Positions 1-10,541 of a stretch of DNA of 38,509 nucleotides are shown one piece after another; the stretch's first letter is position 1; every line of letters begins with the position of its first letter. The stretch covers positions 1-38,509 of the forward strand of contig CAXIUT010000219.1 of assembly GCA_964035545.1 (NCBI GenBank). The letters are read 5' to 3'. The notes under the pieces are model-generated. The model searched no databases. It saw nothing but the letters and a program-made list of their open reading frames with translations, and had not been told where the DNA came from. Source of the DNA: Bugula neritina (lineage: Eukaryota > Animalia > Bryozoa). A program made the position numbers and the translations under genes.

Positions 1-98
1 CCCAACCCCAACCCCAACCCCAACCCCAACCCAACCCCAACCCCAACCCCAACCCCAACCCCAACCCCAACCCCAACCCCAACCCCAACCCCAACCCC
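1..98 (+). repeat. Left telomere (CCCCAA)n
   Basis: C4A2 array at the window start, with one C3 variant near 30-32; this is the oligohymenophorean-type repeat. Confidence 0.97.
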
Positions 99-134
99 TA
101 ATCTCAACTATATAAATTATATAATCAATCAATA

Positions 135-1524
135 ATGTAATAAATCAAGCAATCTCCAAAAACATTCCGTCCTCATAAATTACAATAATCATCATCTCTA
201 ACTCCAGACTCCCCATAATTTTATCAACATGATTGCAATTTAGTGATTCTTACTATATACGGCCGAGGAATCTACATCAGACATGGCAACTAGTAGAGAT
301 GTTCTAGTTTTTTTGCTACTCTAGGAACAATTGTCAACAAGTTGGAGTTGTCGTTTGGTAAAGAAAAATAAGATAAAGTATAACCTGCTGGTATATTATA
401 TATTATTTAGTATTGAAATGTATCAGGCAGGGATCACTCAAATTGTATGTTTTGAGAAGACTTAACTACATGTATGTATGCTGGTCTAAAAGTAAAATGG
501 TTGAGGTAGTATTTTGTTTATTTAGATGAATTTATATGGAATGCTGGAGTTGGTGCATAGTCAATTGATGTCCTGTTTGACTGGTAAAGTCAATAGCATT
601 TTGGATAGTAATCAAACTTATGACCCTTCTGTTAATTTTGGTAAAACTCGTGCTTAGTATTTGCTGCTTCACTATGCTTTTACCAATGGTTTGTCTTCTC
701 TTCCCATTCTTTTCAATTCTATACCAATAATGCCACTGCCTTCTCAACTGAGAAGCACTTTGCTTTCATATCTAAAATAGTAAAAGATTGAAGGACTTCA
801 GATAAACATACTGATGACAATGAACGAGTTGATATGTATGAATAAGCAGAAGGGGATCGATTTGACAACATACGATATATTTTTATTGAACACATTGATT
901 CAGAGTCAATCGTCTTTGTTTAGTTCATAGATATGGTATCCTATATGTTTGCCTGGAGTTTGTTTTTAGGAACGCGTATTTTGTTATATAAATTTTTTGA
1001 GTGACCAGTTGATTCACATAATGGTGAGTGATGAGGCAGATATATTTCCTGTTTTATCGGAATTGAGTAAAAAACTAAAATAAAAAATAATTAACAGTCA
1101 AATTATCTAAAGAATAAATATAGGTAGTTATAAATAGCTAATATCTGATCCTACATTGGATCGTTCTATTTTGTTGAAACATTTTGTTTTTAGGTATTTG
1201 TCTGGTGATGACAATATCGTTGATCAGATGGTGATGAGCGGAGGGAGTTATTTTGGTTGCAATGATTAGGAGTACCAGAGTTATGTGCCTTTGTATGGGG
1301 AGTTGGTTAAACACTATTCTGTGCATAAAGTTGGTAAGAAGTAGAAAATGCATGTGCAGAGTATTGGATAGTTTATTGGAGGGTATTTTTAGGAAGGAGC
1401 TGTTGTTATTTATTTTATTTGTTCTGGGTTGGCTTAATTGGAGTAATGTAGGCAGATTGCGGTTGGATTAGGGAAGTATGTCAAAGAAGAGGAAGGGTCG
1501 TTGTGGATTCAAAAGGTTTTGTGA
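135..1524 (+). CDS. MON1: Vacuolar fusion protein Mon1/SAND family (introns 391-410, 506-525)
   Basis: With TAR=Glu: LVILTIYGRGIYIRHGNEE, LELVHSQLMSCLT..YDP, WYPICLPG and C-terminal YVKEEEGSLWI resemble Mon1 motifs; two 20-nt GTA..TAG introns restore the frame; ends at TGA. Confidence 0.75.
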
Positions 1525-1581
1525 TATTTGTGTATTTGTAAATAGTTAGATAATAGTAAATATAGTTTAATGATATCATTT

Positions 1582-4220
1582 TCAACTGAAGAGTTGTTCT
1601 ATGATTTATTGTGAAAGTTTTTTCTTTTTTTCAGGGACTGGTTCAGAACTGAAAGATAGTGGACTTGCAGTGGGTTGTACCATTCTGGATATTCCTGGAA
1701 GTGGAATGGGATCAACTGCTATAAATGTAGATTTTGGCAAGGAAGCTGTAGTGACAGTTGCAGATGCTTTGAATGAATTTTGATCAAAAGATCCTTCTAG
1801 AACTTGCGCCATGTCTGCTGTAGTAAAGTAGCTACTATATGCAGGATCGATTCTTATAGTAAAATTGAATGTAGGAACAAAAGTGGCTGTTGGAAAGGCA
1901 AAACTAACAGCAAAGTAGTATTGTGTATTATCTATAAATTGCATTGAAGCACTTATTCCAGTAAACTGACTCTCAACTTCTATTTTAAATAAACTATCGC
2001 AGATAGTACAACCAGTTGCTAAAATACCTGTTGGCATCAAATTCATAGCAACTCCCTGATGGACAACTTTGTTGCCTAGAACGCTACCGCGAAGGGTTAT
2101 TTATGAATTGGCGCCAATGCAGAACCCATTAGCAAAGGTGAGAGTAGTACAGGAGGTGCATTGGTTGGTTCCTGGTCCTGAGCAGGTTTTGCAGGAAGTG
2201 TCGCAAAGTGAGCATCGATTCCATGTTCCAAAGTATCCATCGTTGCAGACACAGGTAAACTGTGTGTTTGAGTAGTGACTGTTGCTGTCACATTTCTGGC
2301 AGGATCCAGAAATGATGTAATAACCAGTATTACAGACACAGTTAAAACCGTCCCATCTGGCATTTTGGTTGCAATTCTTTTAACATCGATCATTCTTCAT
2401 AGTATAACCTGATTGACAGATGCATTGAGTCCCGTTCCATGAAGAGTAAAGGGTACAAGTTTTACAGAACCCAGTGATGACATGTTGCCCGGGAGTTAAA
2501 CAGTGACACTGTTGAGCAGTATCGTTCCAATACGACCTATGTGGACATCTTACGCTAACAAAGCATCGACTGTTGACCATCCTGTAGTTACTGTTGCAGA
2601 CACATGTTTTTGAAGTGGAATTGTACTTGCTGTTAGGAGTGCATGGGTTGCAGGCTATACTTGTAGGGTAGTAGTTGTCTGAACAAGTGCATTAGTTGTT
2701 GACTTTTTTGCGGTCGGGAGTATTGCAAGAGGTGCACTGTTTGGTGATAAGATCTATGATTTGACCGGTTGGACATGCACAGGCAGATCCATTCCAAACT
2801 AATCCGTTTTGGCAGTTGGTATGAGGAATGCATTGGTTGCCTCGTCGATAAAACCCACTTTTACAGACACATTGTCCCAGAACGTTTCTATATGCATTGG
2901 CAAAACAGGTTATATCACATGTAAGGGTATTGCTATTCATTTGGTATCCCTGCTGGCAGATGCAATATCCATTGGAATCGATATAACTTCTAGTGGGACA
3001 TCTGAGACATCTGTTTCCTACTTTACCGAATCCAGAAGGACAGAAGCATTGATTGTTTACGACGATGAAGTTGTGTCCACATACTACAGTATTTTATTTT
3101 ATGCATCCGTTAGCAGAAATGGAATAGGAGTATCCTGGTATGCATTGGCAATTTTGGTTGAGGAAAATTGCATTCTTGGAGCATGAAATGTAGCATTGAT
3201 CGTTGTAGAGGGTGTAGCCTGAGTGACAGACGCAGGAGGAGCCGTTGTAGTATCGATTTGGTCCACAGAAAGAGGAAGAAGTGGTGCATTGGTTGTTAGT
3301 AACGGTTTGACCGGCTGCACAGAGGAAACAATTTGTTGCCGTTAGAGTACCTTGATTGAAAAGACATATCTGCGAGGTAACACATGTTGAAGGACAGCGA
3401 GATCCAACACAAGTGAAGCCATTTTGCTGGGCCGAGCTGAATCCATTGCCAGAAAGAACAGCATTTCCATTTTGAAGGGTATTTATGCCAATGAAGCGAT
3501 ATGGCAGACTGCTAGTAGAGGCAGGATTGAATGAACTGTATTTGATGGGCGAATCATTCTTTAATATGATATAGCTGATGACTAGTGTTTATATTCCTGG
3601 ATTTGAGAACAAACTCAAAGAAGTGGATATTAATCCATTGTTAAAAGTAACTGAGTTGATGGTTGCTGTGAAGGTAGATGCAGCTGTTTTTATTCCACTT
3701 ATTTGTGCGATTATTTTGGTGTTTTAGGTTGATTGCCAGTTGGAAAGGGTGTGTTGGTAGTTTATCAAACCATTTGATTGTTTTTGAGGAAGGTATGTGT
3801 CCGCCGAAAATTGTCCAATCCAAAAATCAGAGCGACCACTCGCCAGATAACTTACACTTATACTCGTCCAACTACTATCACTATCTATAAGTAGTATGAT
3901 CAATCCAGAGTTGACTGATTGTCCTTGTCCTCCCCATACAGCAAAATCCATGCCGTTGGCACTAGATACTGCGAACCGATCGGCAGCTAAATAACGAAAA
4001 AGCTACATGTGGCTACTTGCAGACCAGATGAGGGGACTACAAAGTTGAGTGTGAACTGATAACTATGTTATCTTTTATTTTGGAACTGTGAGTTGGAGTT
4101 GTAGATGGTGGTGGTGCCTGTTTGCAGCAAATCAGGTGAAGAGGTGCTGATGGGACATTGCTGTGAGTTGATTTGGGTTGTTATTAAGGTGAAGATGAGA
4201 CAGAAGAGAAGTTTGTTCAT
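1582..4220 (-). CDS. Secreted/surface Cys-rich EGF-like repeat protein, ~872 aa (intron 3987-4006)
   Basis: Signal peptide MNKLLFCLIFTLITTQINSQ; many CxCxxG[YF] repeats; supplied ORFs 3724-3951, 2692-2940, 2380-2580 and 1606-2046 share one frame joined across TAR codons. Confidence 0.85.
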
Positions 4221-4605
4221 TTAATAAATTATGCGATGGGCTATAAAGGTTGGATTAATATTAAATTACTGGTAGTTGAGAGGCCGAACTTTTATTATTT
4301 TGATTACTATGATCATTTCTGATTTATCAAATATTGATGATGAGATGGAATTGAGTGCTGATATCTAAGTTTAACTGCGAGTGTAAGATCGATATCAAAG
4401 ACGATGTTCTTATAAATTTATTTTTGAACCTGCTAAAATGAATAAAAAAGATGATAAGTTTTTATATCAGTTATTTTGTTTTTTATCAATATGCATCAAC
4501 CAACTTCCCTTTCTCTTAGTATTGAATATTTATCTGACTCCAGTAGATCTTATTAAAACGGTATTAGCAAAGACTTAACTCAAGAACAATCAATTAATAT
4601 AAATA

Positions 4606-5088
4606 TCAGATTTGATCAAATCCTAGCAACTGCATCACTTTTGACTTCTTTTGCTCTTTGAACACTTGAAAACTCTCCCGATGGTTGGAGTATATCATTT
4701 TCCACTTTTCATCTACATCATTGAATTCGGTTTCTTGTTGGTGGATAAAGTTGCATCTATCTCCATAGCAACAGTAGCCCTTCTTGGCAAAGGCATGACA
4801 TCCCTTTGTCTTGTAGGAACGGTTTGTCTCCATATTTATTCGCAGTTATTTAGGACCGTGGGCGAATTGGCATTTGCTGCCGTAGGGACAGTAGCCTTTC
4901 TAGATGTAGTTTTTGCAGAGAGAGCTTTTGGCTTTTGAAGGAGGGGTTTTCAAAGAAGGATGAAGGGATGAGATATGAGATTGGTCGGGAGTGCAATCGC
5001 GTTCTTATCCTTCGGTTGATGCGTTGGAGCAAGAGTCTGAGGTGAGTTTACGTTTGGGAGTTTGTAGTATGTCGAGATATTGATACAT
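4606..5088 (-). CDS. Tandem CCCH zinc-finger RNA-binding protein (tristetraprolin/ZFP36-like)
   Basis: [30 protein letters not shown] and YKTKGCHAFAKKGYCCYGDRCNFIH, i.e. two C-x8-C-x5-C-x3-H fingers. Confidence 0.92.
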
Positions 5089-5323
5089 GTGGACAAGTAA
5101 ATTAATGATTATAGATTTACATTTATAACTCATTCTTATTTCTATCAACAATACAATTAACTCCTAACCAGATCTTTTCTCATCTAATGACAGCTACTAT
5201 CATAAACAATCATATCAGAACATCAGTTTAACATAATGCCATTTATTTCTAAAAACAACTATACTTTTAATGAGAAATATTATAAAACATATTCAATCTG
5301 ATTTTATTATTGATATACTAATA

Positions 5324-6142
5324 ATGAACAAAATTTCACTCTATTTGGATCATCAATAATTGGCTCCTCTTATTCACTCACTTGAGGATCTTGTTGAACA
5401 AGCATATCTAGAAAACTAATGCACCTATGAAAAACATCAATTGAGAACACAAATCTATTAAGAGTTTTTGCAAAAATTGCATCGTCTTTATAGCTAGGGA
5501 TATCTAGATATCAAAGTATAAGATGGATTAGTAAAATAAGAAGAAGAGTAATAGCCTTTCAAGTATATTGAAAGAACTGTCTCCATGGCTAAGAAGAAGA
5601 TAGAGTAGAAGTAATCTAAGATGAAGTAGGCAGAATAGAAGTAATCTAAGGTTAAGACAAGAGGAAGTAAGAAGCTATAGGTTGAGATTCAGTTGATTCA
5701 GTGGATGTTAGGTGAAGATAGGCATATATTTGAGAAGAAGGAGATCAACAATATTTACTCTTAGTTGTGGGGAAAGAAGAAGAAAATGTCAACGAACGAG
5801 TTGATGGATCTGATGGTGAAGTACAAGATGTGGAAAGTGATAATTAAACTAAAAAATGGGCAACAACGTTATGTCAAAGATGATGAGCACAATACAACTA
5901 TTGCTTCTGTCAAAAGAGAAGAGGTTTCTAGATATATGTCTGAAGTTAAGGAACAAGGCAATGGTCTGTGGGGAGATGCAACAAAGTAAGAAACTGAGTA
6001 TGAAAAGATGTAAAATTTCGGAGTAGATTTTCTTTAATAGTAAAAACTCGAGTGTAAAGTTGTGAAGGAGGAGGCCTGTAAGACTGAAGCATACTTACCT
6101 CCTGAATGTGAGGACTGGTTAGATTTGAAGATGGAGTTTTGA
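5324..6142 (+). CDS. Hypothetical protein, 272 aa, K/E-rich
   Basis: Uninterrupted ATG..TGA frame under code 30 flanked by AT-rich spacers; no motif recognised. Confidence 0.7.
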
Positions 6143-6179
6143 ATGATTTTATATTTATGATATTTCATATATTAATTCA

Positions 6180-7135
6180 ATGGGAGTATATTTATCAGAA
6201 CCAAACAAGTAAAAACATTTCAACCAGGGCAAACATTCCAAATATTCATTTGTTTCAGCATAGATGCAAGGTACATCTAATTTTTATGAAGGTTGGCGCA
6301 AATCTATGGAAGATGCAGCTATTCACAATATGGATATTGGTGATGGGAATTCGTTATTTGCTGTTTTTGACGGTCATGGAGGTAATAATCCTCTTTTATA
6401 GGTTTTTAGGTCAGCAAGTATGTGGCTGAGGTCTTTGTGAAGGAACTTAAAAATATTTAACACTATAAAAATAGGAAATACAAGGAGGCTCTTGATGTTG
6501 CTTTTCGGAGGATGGACTAGATGTTGTAGAGTTAGTAGGGACAGCATTAGTTGAACAAAATTAGATATGGTAAATAAGTTACCAATAAATAGTAAAAATA
6601 GTATATAGGTGCCACAGTTGGTTGTACTGCCAATGTCCTCCTCATGACACCCACCCATCTATACGTAGCTAATGCTGGAGATTCTCGATCAGTGTTGTGT
6701 AGATCAGGCAAGGCAGTTCCCCTATCAGAGGATCATAAACCTGAATCACCAGTATAGGAGGAGCGAATCAAGAAAGCGGGTGGAACGATTAGCATGGGTC
6801 GTGTGAATGGTGGGTTGAATTTGACTCGATCTATGGGAGATTTTGATTACAAGAGGAAGCCATTGTCATATAGATAGCAGATGATAACTTGTATGCCGGA
6901 TGTGAGGTAGTTTGAGAGGTCTAAGGGCGATGAGTTTATTTTGATGGGTTGTGATGGGATATGGTAGAAATATGTAGATGATAACCAGGGGATGATAGAT
7001 TTGGTTAAGGAAGATATAAGAAAGAAAGATGGTTAGAAGTTGGTGGGCGAGTTGCTGGATCGTTTGATTGCGGTCGATACGATGTCTGGATTGGGATGCG
7101 ATAATATGACAGCCATATTGATTACATTCGAATGA
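6180..7135 (+). CDS. Protein phosphatase 2C (PPM family) (introns 6271-6291, 6382-6401)
   Basis: MGVYLSEP start; [58 protein letters not shown]. Confidence 0.96.
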
Positions 7136-7317
7136 ATATCATCATTTTGGTTATTTAATTATTGATATTTCAATCAGTTGTTCTCTATGTGATTTTGAAT
7201 GAGAATATTGCAGTTATTTGATATTATGTTGGTTATTGATAATATGGTTTTGATGATGATTTATGATGTATTGATGTTAAATAAACTTAACAAACTATAA
7301 TAATATAACAAAAGTGT

Positions 7318-8562
7318 ATGGACCAGTATAAGCTTCAATCTAAGAAGGGAGAGGGGACATTTTCATAGGTGTTTATGGCTCAATCGATTCGCACGGGTAA
7401 ACTTGTGGCAATAAAATGTATGAAAAAAAAATATTAAACAATTGAGAAGGTTAAAAAGTTGAAAGAAATACAAGCACTTAAATTACTAACACCTCATTAA
7501 CATGTTATAAAATTAATATAAGTTCTATACGACTAGCCAACAGGTAATTTTATATCTATTAAGGTATTAATGTATGTATTAAGGTAAGCTAGCTCTAGTA
7601 TTTGAGTTGATGGAGTTGAATCTTTATGAATATTTGAGTAAAATTAAAAATATAAGTCAGTATCGGCTTAAAATATTTATGTATCAGTTGCTTAAATCTA
7701 TTGATTATTGTCATGGAAAAGGTATATTCCATAGAGATATTAAACCATAAAATGTACTAATCTTAGGTTAAAGTATCAAATTGGCTGATTTCGGATCATG
7801 TAAAGGTATTTCTATCTTTATTTAGGTATCTATTCCAAACAACCTTACACCGAATACATCTCTACTCGATGGTACAGAGCACCTTAGTGTTTGATGACTG
7901 ATGGCTACTATGATTCTAAAATGGATATTTGGGGCTATGGTTGTGTATTATTCGAAATGATCACGAAATATCCTTTGTTTCCTGGAAAAGGATAAATCGA
8001 TCAGATACATAGAATCAATAAAATACTTGGCAGTCCTAAGGCATCGTTGATTTAGCTGTTCAAAAGTAGAGCCACGCATATGAGTGCGAATGATTTCAAT
8101 TTTCCACAGAAGAAAGGGATTGGTTTTGAGAAGTTGCTGCCTAATGGATCAAGGGAGTTGATAGATCTTTTGTATAAGTTGTTGGCTTATGATCCTGCTG
8201 ATAGAATTACTTCTAGTCAGGCACTGAAACATGAATATTTTGCTGATCTTTTCCAGTAAAAATGTAGATCTACTAATTTCGGTGGGATGCCTCATCATCA
8301 TTCTGGAGTGAAGGAGGTATAGAACGAGCCAACTCCTGAGAAGCCTCCTAAGAAAGGTTTTAAGAAGCCACATCGTAAGTATGAAGATGAAATGGGGTCT
8401 CCATTGCCTCCGATTCATCAGTTAAATGTGGATGTGAAATTGAATTTATATGGAACTAGTAAGGTTCATGAAAACGTGTTTCAGAAAACCTTGGCAAGTA
8501 TTAATAAAAGAGGAGATCATTATGTAATGGGAGGCATTAATGGCAAAAAAGTAGAAAGATGA
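7318..8562 (+). CDS. MOK: MOK/RAGE-like CMGC Ser/Thr kinase (introns 7544-7563 + 7564-7583, 7806-7825)
   Basis: KKGEGTFSEV, VAIKCMK, EIQAL, VLYDEPTGKLALVFELM, HRDIKPEN, LADFGSCKG, PYTEYISTRWYRAPEC. Confidence 0.93.
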
Positions 8563-8678
8563 TTGATTTATGATATCTGGATATTAAATTATCAATGAAT
8601 ATTTTATTATTTATAATACTGATATTATCCTCTATTGATTTTAATTGTATTGAATGATACTGAGGCTTATAATATTAA

Positions 8679-9983
8679 ATGAGTACACCACTACCAGGAT
8701 AATAGTCTTTGCCTTAGGTTTAGGTTAAAGTTCAACCAAAAAAATCAAAAATAGTTGGTTGTATATTTTTGGTTGTGATTCTTTTGTTGGTAGGAGCTGG
8801 TAGTATTTTGTTTTTCGGTAGGGCATAAGTTCATCAATAGGAAAAACATCCTCTCTATAATACTTTTGATAACTCTAAATCACATAAAAAGTTGATAAAG
8901 AGTTTGTAGAAAAGTAAGCAGGCACTATTAGTGGGTAATAGAGAAGACGGACTGTTAAACTTTGTAAAGCATATGGCAAATAAACTTAGTCAGAAAGGGA
9001 GAACAGTCTATATTGAGGTATATCAATCTAGTAGTTCTCAAATAATCGAGATAGCAAAGGATGTAAATACAAAGGCAATGTCTACTTTGGGTCAACTATA
9101 AAAAAACAGCGACTGGAATCATAGTATCTTAGAATGGAGAACCTATCCCAGAATAATTGATAACTGAGATAAAGGGAAACTACCCTGATAGTAAAATACT
9201 GATAGCTAGTACAAAGGAACAAAAGGTAGATTTGTTATTATTTAGTTGAATGGATTTAAGGTATTTAATTTTAAGAAGTTGGATGATGCTGAATTTAAAA
9301 AAGAAATAGGTAGTGCATTGAAAGTAGAAGGTAATGTTGCTGAAATATTGGCTGATTATTATGATAATCATGAAAGAGTTTTTAATTAGTTGGAAATTAA
9401 ACAATTTGATGCTAAATAATTTTTAGGAGATTAGTTTTCTACTTTTGATGGAATTAGTAAAGAAGCTCAAAATATATTGAAAAAACTTTGTAAAAATGGA
9501 CCACTTTCTAAAATAAAACAAAAATAACTACCAGAATTATTTAAATATGGAGTTATCTATATCAGAAATAGTCATATTTTCAAAAGTATCAATGATATTC
9601 TTAACTATGAACTGAATCATGGCGTCAACTGTAAAGGAGTTGTAGCTAGTTAAGAAGATTTGAAGGAATATTATTAAAGAAAACTAAAATAATTAGAAGA
9701 GTTGAAAGCCAAAGAAGAAGAAGCTAAGAGAATATAAGAGTAAAAGAGAATAGCTTAATAGAAAAAGCAATAAGAATTGAGAATTAAATAAGAAGAGAAA
9801 AAGGCAGCTAAAATAAAGAAATAAGAGTAAAAAAAGGCAGCTCAACAGAAGAAATAATAATAGAAGCAACAAAAAAAATAAGCAGCTTTGAAGAAGAAAG
9901 AAGAAGAGAAGGCTAAGAAAGAGTAGTTGAAAGCTTCTCAAAAAAGTAAAAAAAATGTGAAGGGCAAATCTAAAAGCAAGTGA
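8679..9983 (+). CDS. Membrane-anchored hypothetical protein with C-terminal K/E coiled coil (intron 9226-9245; one frame break near A7 at 9100-9106)
   Basis: N-terminal hydrophobic helix IVGCIFLVVILLLVGAGSILFF; long K/E/A tail; needs a 1-nt correction near 9100. Confidence 0.6.
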
Positions 9984-10058
9984 TAGGTAGATCTATATTC
10001 GCTGAATAATAAAATATCATTTTATTTTATTTATATTGTTGAAAATAATAACTTTATT

Positions 10059-10451
10059 ATGGACAATTATCCCTCCAAAAGATAGTAAAGCTAAATTTCA
10101 ACACCTCCAGCCATTTCTAGTGAAGCATAACTGCTTGTACCAGAAACTCTCATCCAAATCGTCAAATAAATACCCAAAATAACTTCTCTAGATCGCTCTT
10201 AGTTTGGTAGATTAGTTACATCTGGAAAAAGTAGTTCAAAAAAATGGTCGAAAATCGAAACTAAACAATTTTATTAATTAATCGGACACTTTGGATTAGA
10301 CTTTTCACTGATATCTTATCATAATTACTTCAAGTAGAAGCGATCATCTAAGGAGCTATCAAGTAAATACAAGAAATAAATGAAGAAAAATCCATAGATG
10401 ATGTTGAATCTGTTCAAAAGGATGGATGAATAGGGACTATATAAGATCTGA
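10059..10451 (+). CDS. Bdp1 (TFIIIB B'')-like SANT/Myb protein, 130 aa
   Basis: KWSKIETKQFYELIGHFGLDFSLIS...KYKKEMKKNP matches the Bdp1 SANT pattern W...ET..FY.....G.DF..I...K.K.E...NP. Confidence 0.75.
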
Positions 10452-10541
10452 GACAATAAAAGGAGATAAGATTAATGGTTGTTTATATTACTATCTATTA
10501 GGGAATTTTATTAATATTAAATAAAGATAATGAATGTGATA

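Noticed and set aside
532-1471. Short standard-code ORFs antisense or off-frame to real genes (also 8149-8418, 9693-9941, 19531-19962, 37391-37582)
   Set aside because: They are shadows of code-30 genes in another frame or on the other strand
6570-6608. Possible extra intron in PP2C (GTAAATAAG...TAG)
   Set aside because: It reads in frame as GKEVTNKEEKEYI with TAR=Glu, so no splicing is needed
7318-8000. Split code (UAA=Lys, UAG=Glu) or standard ciliate Gln code
   Set aside because: TAA also occupies invariant Glu sites (HRDIKP-E-N, FFD-E, F-E-IIGT)
9100-9106. Programmed ribosomal frameshifting at frame breaks (also 10773-10779, 10851-10857, 22503-22507, and possibly ~35280 and ~36640-36720)
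   Set aside because: The mapped breaks fall in homopolymers, go in both directions and lack the Euplotes in-frame AAA-TAR signal. G5 and C3 variants in the telomeres point to consensus indel errors.
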